Origin: Chrysomallon squamiferum
Taxonomy: Eukaryota > Animalia > Mollusca
DNA: 64,000 bases
Direction of reading: 5' to 3'
Assembly: GCA_012295275.1 (NCBI GenBank)
Contig: CM022671.1
Coordinates: 4,526,001 to 4,590,000, forward strand
Part shown: piece by piece, positions 16,182-32,345 of the stretch
Layout of the letters: every line of letters begins with the position of its first letter
How positions within the stretch are numbered: the stretch's first letter is position 1
Position numbers and translations under genes: made by a program
The notes under the pieces: model-generated
Databases searched by the model: none
Seen by the model: only the letters and a program-made list of their open reading frames with translations
What the model was told of the DNA's origin: nothing

Positions 16182-16914
16182 GGATAGAGCGTCAGAGACC
16201 TATCACCTGGACACCCACGCCCTCCCACTCGCTGTAGAATGAAGTACACAGTTTGAGTGCACCGCGCCAAGATGTCGGAAATCTAGGTCAGTGTTACGTA
16301 GACAGTCAGACAGAGACACTGAGAGAGACAGACAGAAAGATACATTCATTTTATACTTGTGTTTTTTATCTCTTTTTTTTTTTGTTGTGATTATGTTTCT
16401 ACGTTCGTATTTTTAGTATTTGAATATTCTTTCTGTGCGTCTGATTAGACTCTGCTCATTTTGACAGTATTCGGGGAAACTCACTGGCGCAGGAAGACAA
16501 AGCCCAATCACGACCTCTCAAACCGCGTCAGATGCCGCTGACGAAGACTCGAATGACACCTGTTTCTCCCGAAAGAATGTCCTCTGAAAAATAATCATCA
16601 CTGAATGATCGTGTCTTTCGCTCGAAATAAATATAATGTGTTCAGGTATGTTTAAGCATTCATTTTTTTTTTTTTTTTTTTTTTTTTTTGTTCAGTTGTT
16701 TTTTTCGTTCGCTCGTTCATTTGTTCTATTTCGGAAAAAAAAAAAAAAAAAAAAAAAAAATGAAATCGTTTTCATTCCACCCGTATCAAATGAACTGACT
16801 GAACCTGAATTACTTTTATATATAATACTTTTTTTATATGTACGTTTTAAGAAAAGAAGAAATTTATTTATAAAATTAGACTGATAGATAGATAAATATT
16901 ATTATTATTATTAC

Positions 16915-17021
<107 letters not shown>

Positions 17022-17088
17022 TAAAGAAATGAGACAAAAAATAAGATAAATAATTCAGCACTCACAATGTGCTATTCACTGTACAAAA

Positions 17089-17123
<35 letters not shown>

Positions 17124-17631
17124 GTTTACGGAAAATCGTGACAAGCCGCAAAGTTACGTAAAGTACGGACAGCAACTTGAGACAGATTTGTACAAGACGA
17201 TGAAATATGAAGACAGTTTGATGCACCTTCTGACAGCTGACGGACATATCCAACCACACCTTCTTTATTAATTGTCTTATGTTTTTCTCAAGAGCGAATT
17301 CCAAATAAGTAAAAATGTCCGTACAGTGCAAATAAATTCACAACAACAGTCGGGTTCAAAGAATATTTCAAAAAAGAAAAATATGTTTTTGTTTTGTTTG
17401 ATTTTTGTGAGAGATTTTTAGAATTTTATTATGTCATATGTTTTGTTGTTTGTTTATTTTCGTTTGTATGTTTGTGCATTTTTTAAATGTGCGTTTATAA
17501 AGGTGATAATTCTTAGATGAAAAGAAAGATAATCAAACAGACGGAACGAAAGATAAAACGAAAGAATGAATGAAAAACATAGGAAAAGAGACAAAGAGAG
17601 ACAATGAGAGAGAGAGAGGGAGAGGGAGGGA

Positions 17632-17750
<119 letters not shown>

Positions 17751-18505
17751 AGAGAGAGATAATGAGAGAGAGAGAAAGAGAGAGAGAGCGAGAGAGAGAT
17801 TTGCGAAAAGAAAGACAACGATACAGATGAAAGAAAGAGAAAGACAGAAAAAGAAAGAAGAAAGAATAGATTAATAAACTTACATGATATTAAACACAAA
17901 GTGTAAATTAACAAAAACAAATTTCGCTGACTCATCACTTCTTTCACAATATCTTCAAACTGTCATTATTACTATCATCATCAGTAATATTAGTTACATA
18001 AAACGCGAAATATATCTCTCACTCCCCCCCCCCCACTCCGCAAACTCCTGCGTAATTAATTTACCAGTGATATATTTCAGACGTACATTACGAGAAATGC
18101 AGAAAAGAGTGGGCGTGGTTTCGTAACGAATTTCATAGTCACCGAGGTTGCCAATTTCATTTGTTTGCGGAAATTGCGCGTGCAAGGGCGTCAGATTGAT
18201 ATACTGTGCGCGTGTGAACAGGATGGATAATAGTGGGGAAAAGTAATTTCCTAAAAATAAACGTTAATTTGATTAATTTCTTAAAATGGACGCCACGTAA
18301 TGACAGTGTTGTAGGCGAGCGAAGTATTAATAATCTTCAGTGACTGGATGGTTAATATTTATTTTATTTTTGGTTTAAGTATTTCATTACTTACTTAAAA
18401 CTCTGTGTGTGTGATTGTGTGTGTGTGTGTGTGTGTGTATACGATAATATTTATAGCACATCGAGAGATAGTTTCCTTAAAATGATAAAATGATATTGTT
18501 TTAAT

Positions 18506-18575
<70 letters not shown>

Positions 18576-19718
18576 AAGACGTCAAATGTAAATAATACGT
18601 GTCCAAACTCTTCCACAGATTACTGTTACGAATTAACAGAAGGAACCTTTTATCACCACCTTCCCATAAACACGAAAAAACACCAAAAAAAACCTCTCGC
18701 TTTGTTACACCAGTCACGAGACACTGCTGGAACGGGAAATAGACTAACCCGATCTCTGAAAAGAATAAACAGTTCCTATCCTCACTATCATTTCACACGA
18801 ACATTCTAACCACTGAATTTTCGTCGTTTGCTAAATATACTTTTGTCTGTACGAACTGATTAATTAACTGTTTCAGGATCGATCACGCTACCTATAGGAT
18901 CTCAGGAGGTTGTTGTAACCACTGAAAAAAATCATCCCACGCTAAACTTACTACATCTGATGTTAGTTGGCAGAGTTAAAGAAGAGAGAGAACGAGATAC
19001 GTTTTAAGTTGTGTAAGAGAATTTTTCGTAAGCCTAAAACTGGAGCAAATAATCTCTAACTTACACATTGCCCGTCGCTTTATCTGAGACGTATCTTAAA
19101 GGTTTTAGTGTGACTGAACTTAGCAGTTTTCTTGTGCATGTTCGTTTAACTGAGCATTTATTTTATTCTGAGGTAAGAAAACTGTATATAGATAGACACA
19201 TACATATACACATACACACATATATATAGACCAGCATATACACACACATATGTATATACACACATCTAAGTACATATATACATATGAATAACCACATGCA
19301 TTCACAAGCATACCAACATGCATAAGTAAGTACATATACACTAACTCATAAACACATGCACTCATAAATACATACACACATACACGCACAAAATTACGCA
19401 CACACTCGACCAGTCAAAGAAATAAAAAGTGTACTAATCGATGCAACCTGATATTTCATATTTATGTTATGATGTAACTGGTTCATCCAATCTCATGATA
19501 TACATTTTTTTGGGAACGTTTATATATAAAATATCATTTACTGAAAAAAAGAGTAACCTTTTGCATGGAAGCAGCGGGTTTCCTGTCTATAATTATTAAT
19601 GGTATGTATAATAGAACATAACCGGAAATTAATTTTTTTTTATAATAAATAAATAAATAAATAAAATAAAATAAAATAAAATAAAATAAATAAATATATT
19701 ATAAAACAAACAAACAAA

Positions 19719-19766
<48 letters not shown>

Positions 19767-20447
19767 AAATAAATAAATAAATAAATAATAAAACAAATAA
19801 ATACATAAATAAATAGAAAGTGCATAGAATAAATGCTTAACTATAGTGTTTCTTCCTTGCTTCGAATTCTACGAACAGAAAACGAAACAGAAGTTACAAA
19901 CCGCAATGAAGCTAAACAGAAGAGATTTGACATTTTGAAAAACACGACTTCAACTTTTTTTTCTTTTTTTTTTACACCGCTATCACCAAACATTCCCCTA
20001 GCACGTGCAAGGTTGAGAGAATAAGCCTGAGCAAACTCGATGTCATCTAGGTGCAGATCTTCCGTGTTTTTAAATCTGTAAAACTTTACATGTAAACTGT
20101 TTAGATGGAAGGCCGTCATTTATCACTCGTGTTTCAACTTTTTCTGTAAGCTTGGCTTAAAGGTAAGTCTGATGTATAAACAAATTTATCTGTTGTGCAA
20201 ATTAAAGTACGCATTCCTTACGTTCGGTCAATCACCTCTTCATTTCCACTCCTTTCTCGTGGAAACTCATTTCCTCACAGAGTTAAACAACAAAAAAAAA
20301 AAAAAAAAACCTTACCTTGTTGTAAAAACCATCGTCTAATACCAGAGGAAACATTTAAATGTGATATCCAGCTAGTCACTCATTCATTCATTCACTGCAA
20401 GAAAAAAACGTCATCATTTAACCGATTTTTTTTATTTTTTTGTTTTC

Positions 20448-20508
<61 letters not shown>

Positions 20509-20889
20509 TCTCTCTGTCTGTCTGTTATGTAAAACCATATATGAATGTATTTATATATGTATGGATGTGTGTGTTTATGTAAATGTGTACATACTCATAC
20601 ATGTGTACATACTCATATTATGTGTGTATGAGTATGTACACATTTACATAAACACACATCCATATCTATCCATATCTATATCTATATCTGTATCTATCCA
20701 TCTATCTATCTTCACATACACACAACACAAACACACACAACACACACACACTGATATATAATTATTATAATAATTATTATACTTCTTTGTGTATTTTCCT
20801 GTCACTGTAAGTATGACTACAATTCAGTTTATTGGCCCTTTCGTCTTAATTTATCTGTTATCAGTATTGTATTATTATTATTACCCATT

Positions 20890-21066
20890 CTTTCTCTTTT
20901 CCCTCGCTCTCTCAATTACCCATTCTTTTTTTTTTTTTCCCGTCTCTCTTTCAATTATCCATTCTTTCTCTTTTCCCCTCTCTCTCTTTCAATTACCCAT
21001 TCTTTCTTTTTTCCTCTCTCTCTTTCAATTACCCATTCTTTCTTTTTTCCTCTCTCTCTTTCAATT
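20890..21066. repeat. ~30 bp minisatellite, ~5 copies
   Basis: Repeated tctctctttcaattacccattctttcttttt. Confidence 0.8.
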
Positions 21067-21418
21067 ATTCATCACTTATCTCTCTTTGTCTCTTTCTGCT
21101 TCTCGCTCTTAAGATCGTTTTCATCTTTTATTGGTACCTTACGTCACTCACCAGTTATTGAAAACTTACAACGAAACAAACATCTGCTTCGCAAACAAAC
21201 AAAACAAAACAACACGCGCAAAATCTGAAATAATGAACCGTTTCAAATTCTTGGATCCGCTCCCGAAAATATCTGGCAGCATTTCTGGAATATCGGTGAA
21301 AACTCGAAAGCACTGAATCAGGACAGAAATCTGTGCACGCGCTGACCCAGTTCCCACGACATCGCAACCAGACAACGTGAAAGTCAGTGTGGATGATGCT
21401 CTCTGCCAACTTCGTTAC

Positions 21419-21471
<53 letters not shown>

Positions 21472-21563
21472 TAAACCGTCCCATATCAATTAATCAATGA
21501 CAGTTTCAAGAGGGGAAGGGTTACAAACATTTGCATTTTTAAAATTTTGCCAACCGATTTATA

Positions 21564-21608
<45 letters not shown>

Positions 21609-22616
21609 TTATTATTATTATTATTATTTTATGATTAAATCAAACTTCGTCTTCAATTATGTCAGTTACTATTACTGACACCAATCCCCATTTTCATGAA
21701 AATTTTGGAATCGCTCCAGAATAATATATTAATTAATACAGTCATGGTGATATAAGATTTAGAAAAAAAAAAAAAAAACCACAAAAAAAAAAAAAAAAAC
21801 GACATGTTTGGAATATTAAATGATGAATATATGTAAAATATCAATCTGAAATGTATATAAATTAAAATAAAAAATATATATATTTCATCCCGTCCCCACC
21901 CCCCGGAAGCCCCGACCCCTTTTCCTTGTAGACTTAGATCCACCCCTGGGGGAAATGTTTACGATAAAGAGTCTGACAGACTTGATTTTAAAAAGCTGGC
22001 TGTTTGGAATTTCTTTCCAAAGCGTCATCTCCTTGCTACCTGATTATCTCAGCTCACTGTTTTTCGTAATCAACTGTCAGCTTTTCAAGAGGGTAAACAC
22101 AGGAAAAGAAAGATAAGATTAATGTTATCCTGTTAGCCAAATATTTCAGTGGGGGAGTGGAGCGCCAGGGGCGGGTCCAGGGGGAGGGTGAGGGTGAGGT
22201 TGAAGTGATACGAAGAAGCAACAGTAATAACAACAATAATAATAAAGAAGCAACAACAATAACAACAATAATATTTAGAACAACAACAACAATAACAACA
22301 ATAATATTAATAATTGTTTCAACAACAACTTAATAATAATAAATAATAATAATAATAATAATAATAATCTATTTGTTTAAACAATAACAACAACAATTAC
22401 AATAATAATAACAAGTTTTTACAAATTCAATTTTCAATTTATGGCAATAATAAATATTGTGGACTTCCCCCCCTCCCACGAAGACCAGTAGGTACGACGT
22501 AAATTGTATACTAAAGTATCTTCCTTAACATGATGCTTATTATAGTAATTTGTATTCGATTATTTTACATGTAGTAAACAAAACCTTTTTGTTTAGTTTT
22601 TCTTCTACTTTTTATT

Positions 22617-22675
<59 letters not shown>

Positions 22676-22890
22676 GTGGTGGTGGTGGTGGGTGGTGGAG
22701 CTGGTGGTGGTGATGGTGTTTTAGAAGTTTGTATGTGGTTTGATTGTAATACAGAGTTGACAACTACAAGAATATTTACTGTTAGTTATCTAACGATGAC
22801 GAATTTAAAAAATATATATTTAAGCATTCATTCTGGGTTTAAATCTGAAAGGTATATACAATCTATTCTGTAATGCGCAAATATGGTATG

Positions 22891-22983
<93 letters not shown>

Positions 22984-23524
22984 GACACTCACGTATTTAT
23001 ACATTCGTACCAACATAAGTATGCATGTCTCAATATATATGCATCATATATATGTATGTATGTATGTATGTGTGTACGTACGTAAACAAATTTCACACAC
23101 ACTTTCATCATTAAGTCAAAGTCTCATTTTACCCCATTCATGTTTTCGTGTCCCACTATTTCCTTCAAGAACACAGGCGCCTTCTCAATGAGCTTTGTCT
23201 GCCTCAGAAGGGAAAAAAGGAATTGTATTGCATTCTAGAAAGAAATCTATTTATACGGAGGGCGTGGCGTTTTTTTAAATCTTTTTTTTTTTTTTTTTTT
23301 TTTTTTGTCTTTAATCTTTCATTCTCAGACGTCAAGTTGGATGTCTGCTTCCTTTCTGCCAGTGAGATTGGGAGACGCTTTTGGCCATCTGCGTTTCACT
23401 GGGCGTGGACTCCTGGGAAATTTATTTTTTATAATTATGCTCGTTCCTGGCACCTGGAAAATAATAAACCCAATTTCTATCAGAGATGAAAAAAAAAAAA
23501 AAAAAATTAAAGATGAAAAAGAGA

Positions 23525-23605
<81 letters not shown>

Positions 23606-24204
23606 AGAAGAAAAAAAAAAAAAGAAAGAAATGAGAAATTATGCTGATTTAGTGGGTCACGGAATATTGTGATAGTTCACGGGGAATTGAAAAGAAAATA
23701 AAAGAAAAGAAAAAAAAAGAAGAAGAAAATAATAAAGGAGAAAAAATTACAAACAACAACAACAGCAAGAAAGTTATTTAAATATAATCTAATTCTGTTT
23801 TTCTTTTCTTTTTTTTAATTGTTTTACTTTTCTTCTTCTTTTTTTTTGTTGTAAATTTTTATTTTTATTTTTATTTTATTTTATTTTATTATTATTATTT
23901 TTTTTTTATCTGTTATTGATTTTTTTTAATATGCTAGTTCCTGATAATAAAATCTAAATTATGCTTGTTCCTGGCCGCAGGGGAAATTGAAATCTAAATG
24001 ACGAAATTGGCCTGTAAAATCCGGGAAATGAAATGCTAAATGGAGAAATTTTAATGTAATTCGGAAAACACGTATAACTGTGAGACAGCGGTTTGAACTG
24101 TCTGGAAAATTACTTTGTCTTTTGGGAGAATATTAACTGAAGAATAATGTAGTCTTGTACTACTGTTCTTATCAATAGCAGAAAATATAATACTAGTAGG
24201 TTAT

Positions 24205-24572
24205 TAGCAGCAGTTATTATAGACAATGAAAAAGCTAATAAAAATCAAAATAATATAAATAAATAAATTGATAAATAAATAAAACGATTAAATAATTAAA
24301 TTAGTTAGTAGTAGCAGTTATAACAGACAATGAAAAAGCTAATAAAAACCAAAATAATATAAATAAATAAATAAATAAAACGATTAAATAATCAAATTAG
24401 TTAGAAGTAGCAGTTATAATAGACAATGAAAAAGCTAATAAAAAAAAATATATAAATAAATAAATAAAACGATTAAATAATTAAATTAGTTAGTAGTATA
24501 AGTTAAAACAGACAATGAAAAAACTAATAAAAATCTAAATAATATAAATAAATAAATAAAACGATTAAATAA
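24205..24572. repeat. ~95-105 bp tandem repeat, 4 copies
   Basis: Unit agcagttat..agacaatgaaaaagctaataaaaa...aaaacgattaaataattaaattagttag. Confidence 0.85.
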
Positions 24573-24577
24573 ATAGG

Positions 24578-24609
<32 letters not shown>

Positions 24610-24902
24610 GACAGACAGACATAAATACGTATTACGGATCTAACTTAAGTTATCTTTCAAATCAGTTAACTTCATCTCTAATATCACAGAGAGGAAGTAC
24701 GTTTTTGATGACTTCCGCTCTGCAAATACTACTTTCTAAACGCACAAAGAAAGTTCTTGTTCGCCGACAGAGTGCAGCCGGATATGTCTATTTATAGAAC
24801 ACGAAAATCAGAGATCTTATCAAGTAAGTCTGATGTTAACCAGACAATGGGAGTAAAATGTAAGTAAATAAATAAACTTACTGAGAAAACAGAAAACGTA
24901 GT

Positions 24903-24962
<60 letters not shown>

Positions 24963-25713
24963 TTAATAATAACAACAACAATAATATATATAGTAAAATT
25001 AACAACAACAATAATAATAATAATAGTAATAGTAATAATAATGCTAATGATACCAGTGATGATGATGATGATAACGATGACGATGATGATTATGATGATG
25101 ATAATAGTAATAGTAATAGAAAATAACGATGATTATGATGATGATAATGATAATGATGATGATGACTAAGTTAAGATAATGATTATCATAACCATGATAC
25201 CATTCATTAACATGCACACATACAAATATTAAAGCTATTTTCAAATTAAACTTATGTCACTGTAACGAAAACAGGGTGTGTACCCGAACAGACTGGCTTA
25301 CTATGTGACTAATCATTCTGATATTCCAAATCTGCACGTGCTCGAACTCACGCACGCACACACACAACAGATAGAAACATGTAGAAAATTCAGCTAACAA
25401 ACCATTAATGAACGGGGACAGCCATCCATTCATTACAGTAGACTAATAATGAGTTGATGTTTACACTGGTGGGTGTGGTCGATTCATGGGTACGAGGGGG
25501 TCATAGAAAGGTGAACAGCAGTTTACCTCGATGATTTTAGATCATCAACTCTTATCTCTTTACAACAAGTACTAATTTATGTGGGTTTTTTTTTTTTTCT
25601 TTCATAAACTCAAAATCACATAAAAATCTTTTGTAAGAAATAACCTATGTCATACCTCATTCTTGTGCAGTAACCTGGACTCCATATCTCATTTTCACGT
25701 ACGTGTAAGATAG

Positions 25714-25795
<82 letters not shown>

Positions 25796-26217
25796 CATAT
25801 CTATTTGTCGGTATGGAACGAGAGTACATATTGGAATGTACATGTTTGTGTGCGTATTCGTGTGTGTGAGAGAAAGAGTGTAAAAGAGAAAAAAATGTAT
25901 ATGAGAAATTCTAAAAATAGATATACAGAGAGAGGAGACAGAGAGACAGACAGACAGACAGACATACTTAGAAACAGTCAGATACTGTTAAAATTAAACA
26001 TTATAAGGTATCCAAGGATCATTAATCCATCGGTCAACGACCCGAGTAGATTAATGCACAGTAAACTAAGAACAGGATGACGAAACATACCAAAATAAAC
26101 ACGGACGCCATCGATAAAAATGTCGGTCTGTATTTACTTAAGAAACGAGACTTCGTTGTTTAAGTACCGCGCGCTGGAAACATGGGAGTGCCCCAACGTA
26201 ATCTCGGCCTTCTATAC

Positions 26218-26230
26218 TGACCTTTGACCT
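26218..26230 (-). promoter_or_regulatory. Perfect nuclear-receptor DR1 element
   Basis: TGACCTTTGACCT = AGGTCA-A-AGGTCA on the minus strand. Confidence 0.4.
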
Positions 26231-26662
26231 AAAAGATCGATACATCTATCCGGTGTACGTTCATGTGATGAAATAGAGTGCTGTGTAAATAGATAAAGAT
26301 TTTCGTTGTCGTGAAGGTGTGAAAAAAAAAAAGATGTTTTCGTTCGGTCAGTATTGGGTCCGGATAAATATAGATTGTGTCCAAGCAGATTTGAGACGTA
26401 ATAGAGTACGTTTTGGCTAGGAAGATACTTAGGTATTTACGTACACCCGTATCTAGTCATATAAATATATATATATGTATGCATTCGTGTATAATCAGCT
26501 TTTATGAATTTCGATTTTATATTTTAATATTTTGATCATTCTTTACGTCTTTTAAAACAGGAAATAAAAAATAGAAATTCATTACAGTTCATACCTTTGT
26601 TATTTTACTTTATTTTTCTCACTATTATTTTTCTTCCCTATATCTCTCGTTTTCTTTCTTTA

Positions 26663-26759
<97 letters not shown>

Positions 26760-26897
26760 TTCTCCCTCTTTCTCTCTCTCTCTATCTGTATTTTTCTTCC
26801 TCTTTCTCTCTCTTTCTATATATTAATCTTTCTTTCTTTTTCTATTGTCTGTTGTCTTTCTTTTCAAAAGTTATCTGTTGTCTTTCAAAAGACTCAC

Positions 26898-26965
<68 letters not shown>

Positions 26966-27513
26966 AAAGAAATAAGAATGGAAAAACATTGTTAGAAAAT
27001 TTTTAATTAAAAAAGGACCGGTATATCTATATCTATATATATACATATACTAGAGATACTAGTACTAAACATAACAGTTTAGTATCTGTGTGTGTGAAAG
27101 GGTGTATATTGGTCATTCAGTGAGTGTGAACTGATTATAACGTGATAATGTATGACTAAAATGACTTCAGTGTATCCTGAAATCCGGAGTCAGTCGGTGC
27201 GTTTTCGTGTTTATAAATCAGTGGGAGGTTGGGGTAGTGTGAGCAGTGAGGTAATTAACAGCTCCACACTTTACAGAATTCACATGTTAAGTTTGTTAGT
27301 AAGATTAGGTTATTTTGCACGCACGATTCTCTGTATTCTTCTGTTTTCTTGTTTGTTTGTGACGGTGGTCATTTTGTTTCTTCATGTGAGTGTAATTTAT
27401 TCTCTTTCTCATAATCTGTCTCTATAAGAATAAAAATCCATAAAACTCATCAAAAGATAAACCAAAAAATTCTCTAAAAACCCACTCTTTCTGTCTGTCT
27501 GTCTGTCTGTCTG

Positions 27514-27593
<80 letters not shown>

Positions 27594-27606
27594 GTCTCTC
27601 TCTCTC

Positions 27607-27694
<88 letters not shown>

Positions 27695-27787
27695 TGTCTG
27701 TCCTCCCTCCCTCGCCCCTTCCCTCCCCACCCCTCTTCCTCTCACCCCTCCCTCCCTCTCACCATCTTCTCTCCTCCCTCTCCTCCC

Positions 27788-27831
<44 letters not shown>

Positions 27832-28394
27832 TCTCTCTCCCTCTCTCCCTCCCTCCCTCTCTCACCCTCCCTCTCACCCCTCACCTCACACACACCTCCC
27901 TCTCACACTTCCTCTACCTTTCTGATTGTCTGTCTGTGTTTCTTTTTGATATCATTTATCTCTCTCTCTATCTCAACTATCTATCATCCAGCCAGCCTCT
28001 GTATCCTATCTTCGTAATATTCTATCAAAACATCATTCATTAATTTATCACTGGAATCTAATTTTATTTCCTATTATTCAATTATTCCATGCGGCACGGC
28101 ACGGGAGGGCGACACGGGCAAATTCCTAAATCCTTCTCCCTTTTCTCTCTCTCTCTCTCTCTCCTTCCTCTCCCAACACCGTTCAAATGAACTCGTAAAC
28201 AAAATGTTTACTTGCGAAAAGACCTGTATATATAGGTCAGATTTTAAATCCATTGTTCCGGTGTTCGTTATTGTGTGTAATACACGTATTTTATTTATTT
28301 ATCGTTACAACGATAAACGATACGATTGTTGTCAGTACAGCAATATTTTTAGTATTTCTAAAATTTCAATACTTTTGTATTTTGATTGAATATT

Positions 28395-28479
<85 letters not shown>

Positions 28480-28814
28480 ATAGATGGATAGCTAGGTGAA
28501 CAGAGAAACAGGGAAGCATAAAGGTACGTAGATAGGTAGAAGGATATAGATATATTTTTGGGTTTTTTTAAATCTTATATCGTGACTGTATATATATATT
28601 ATTATTATTTTTTATTATTATTATTATTTTTTTAATTTGTCCATAACAGATGAAACAAATGAATATTTATGACACTCAACATATGAATATTAGTGAGTAT
28701 TTATTAATATTCATGTAATACTTGTTAAGCATGCTATGAAAGAGGCCACTCACTGTACCTGTATTATTTGTTGTTAGATGAAGAACTGCATACTGTTAGA
28801 CGAACTGGATTATA

Positions 28815-28848
<34 letters not shown>

Positions 28849-29212
28849 CATACATACATACATTCAGACATACGTAGATACGCATATACCTTTAACATAT
28901 GGGAATATACACGAAAACATACATGCATGCAAGAATGCATACATGTACACTTGAATGCGTACGGATATATGCATTATGTTCATTCATTAATGGATATAAA
29001 TTTTTACACATTCTTGCAGGCATATAGTATAATTATTAATATTCCATGAATTAATTTCCTGGATTATTTTTCATTAATTCATCCTTTCATCATCCATAGA
29101 CTCATTCATTCATTCATCCATTTTTTTTTCTCTAGCTTTCTGCTACATTTGTTCTTCTGCATATCTCACCCATTCATAAGCTTCATACCTGAACGGAGCT
29201 TTTCATTCAAAA

Positions 29213-29319
29213 CCGGTCACATGACCTCGTGTTTACGGTTTCTACACGGATCACGTGACCGGCAATGTGGTACAATAAGCACGAGCAATAAATCTTCCTA
29301 TCTGAACAAGTGACGTCAC
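29213..29319. promoter_or_regulatory. Dense bHLH-ZIP/bZIP motif cluster, candidate enhancer
   Basis: GGTCACATGACC (29215-26), CTCGTG/TGTTTAC (29226-36), TCACGTGACC (29251-60), CACGAG (29280-85), GTGACGTCAC (29310-19). Confidence 0.5.
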
Positions 29320-30356
29320 AATTGACAGTTCGTCTCCAAGGCATTCTGCCAAATTTGGATTCTGTTACTGATAACAAATATTTGTGACGGGTCCCCTTAA
29401 AAGTGTAATATTTATCTTCACATCTACATACTACTTTTTTTTTTTTTCTTTCTTTCTTTCTTTCTTCTTTTTTTTTTTCTTTCTTTTTTCAATTTTTTTT
29501 TTTTTTTTTATATTTATCTTACATTTAACAACATACGTGCACGTATGTATGTATGTATGTATGTATGTATGTATGTATGTATGTATGTATGTATACGTAT
29601 TTTTGTATCTATGTATGTATGAATATATGTTTGTGTATGATTGTGATTACATGTATACTTGCATGTACGTATGTATCGGTATTTCAGTCTGGTTGCATAA
29701 TATATATACATACACATATAATAATCGAGAGACAGTTAAAACTGATTTGTTTGTAACTGAAATGTAATAAGAACAGAAACAAAATTGATAGATCACAAAG
29801 AATTTAAAACAAGTTAATGATAGATTATTATTATATTCAGCACAGCGAAGATTTAACTTTCTTGGCAGCGGGCCAAACGTTATCGTCTTTCATTTCATGA
29901 CAGGGGCGAAGACGCCATATTTTTTGATTGTGAAATGACACTGACGAATACATTCTTTAATATCTCGGTTTAGAAAATGGCTAAATGTAGCGAATAAAAA
30001 AGCAAACAAAGCCAGTGAAATAATCCGCAGATATATGATAATTATAAGCGTTGATTGTCACGTGTTTAATAATATTATTTACAAGCTTAAAGGGAACTAA
30101 AAGGTTTGAAAAGTTAAAAAGTCGTGACGTCTGCTTCGAGTTACAATTGCGGTTTATAGTCCGTTTCATAAGACTGCGCAGGTTTCAAAGTATGATGTCG
30201 AAAAATTTAATCTTGTTGGGGAAATTATAATGTAATATTAAAAATAGATGGTTTAAGAAACACATGTGATTAAAAATGGTTTATTTTGATGTTTACTTTT
30301 CCGCAAAATGAAGAACGGATTAACAAATGTAATTGAGATAATGTAAAAATACACAT

Positions 30357-30461
<105 letters not shown>

Positions 30462-30866
30462 TTAAAAATAATAACATTTATTCTATTTATTTATTGTTTG
30501 TTTGTTTGAAAATGTTTAAAACGCCACTAGAGTCAGTTTCGTCATTTTTTTAAAAATAATAAAATGTAACGTTTTAAAAACAAATATTTCCTTGTCTTCA
30601 ATTTTTTTCTTTTTTTTTTTCTTTCTATTACAAGTTACTAAGAACAAACAGCCAATGAAATGTAAACTGTCTAAAATGACGAGCTGAAGCAGACGCAAAA
30701 CATTTTGGATAAAACAGTCGTGGAGCAGTGTCAGAACGGGAAAAGAATTGTCAAAATGGACAAACTCAAATAAAACTCAAATAAAGCTACGCATGCGTTC
30801 ATGCGTTCATACTTTCATACTTTCTTAACATAAACTTGTCAACCAATTCGAATATATAAAAAAAAA

Positions 30867-30958
<92 letters not shown>

Positions 30959-31310
30959 GTAATTAATGGCAAATTAATAGCAAATAAACGCGGAATATGA
31001 TATTAAAAGTAAATACCGACAATAATACCATAAATTAAAGAAGATAAAACAAACTTGTCAGTTAGTATTCAGTCAAGTCAATATCAATGTTTGGTAAATC
31101 GAATTTGTATCAATAGTTACCGATTGTAAATTCATTGTGACGTCACAGAGAACGTCTAAATGAATTATTAAACATGTCATCTGCCCACTTTCCGTTTGTG
31201 ACGATTGTATCGTCTGCTTGCAATTGAACAAAAAAAAAAAAAAAAAAAAAAAAAAAGAAATTACGTTACGACTGTCCACTGCTAATGTAAGTTTAATCGT
31301 CTGTTTAAAA

Positions 31311-31384
<74 letters not shown>

Positions 31385-31567
31385 TTCCATGAGTTATTTC
31401 ACGTGGACAGATAGATACATGATATGTGGGCGTTTTTGACCTAGTTTCATTGCGTAATGCTTCGGGTTATTTTCATAAAGTTACATTATCTCATTCGTCA
31501 AAAGATATGAAATTCAAGTCGCCAAGTTTAATCGTAGACCGTTTAAAGTATCTGATAATTCATTTAG

Positions 31568-31598
<31 letters not shown>

Positions 31599-32074
31599 TA
31601 AATTGTTATTTTATTTTATTTTATTTTATTTATTCGTTTTCATGCAAGTATGATGATGCTGATAATAAAAATAATAATAACACTAGTAGTAATATGAATG
31701 TAAATGGATAATGAATAATCATTTCAGTATATTTTAATATTAACATTCAAATAAAGAAATAAAGAAATGAAATAAGATAAAAGTAAATAAAAACATAAAC
31801 AAACAAATGTAAATAAGTAAAGAAAGAAACAAAGAGGAAGAAAGTAAAGAAATTTTAGAAGATAATGAAAGCGACATGTTTGACAAAATGTATTTATCAC
31901 GAATGTCAAAGAACACAAAGGAAATAAATAAGTTCTAGAAGTAGTGACCTAAAAAGAACCATGTCTATCAAGCTTTATATGAAGTATTTATTTAAGCAAA
32001 TAAGTAAGTAAATGAATATATAGATAGGTAGGTAGGTAGATAGATAAACAGTCAAACAAACAATGAAAATAACA

Positions 32075-32083
32075 TTATGTATC

Positions 32084-32121
<38 letters not shown>

Positions 32122-32345
32122 GATATATAGATAGATAGGTAAACAGACAGACAGACAGACAATACGAATAATATATGTGTGTCTATGTGTGTGTGTATGT
32201 GTGTGTGTGTGTGTGGATATATAGATAGATAGGTAAACAGACAGACAGACAATACGAATAATATACGTGTGTCTTTGTGTGTGTGTGTGTATGTGTGTGT
32301 GTGTGTGTAGATATATAGATAGATAGACAGACAGACAGACAGATA
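32075..32345. repeat. ~90 bp compound tandem repeat, ~3 copies
   Basis: Repeated (gt)n-atatatagatagataggtaaacagacagacagacaatacgaataatat. Confidence 0.75.
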
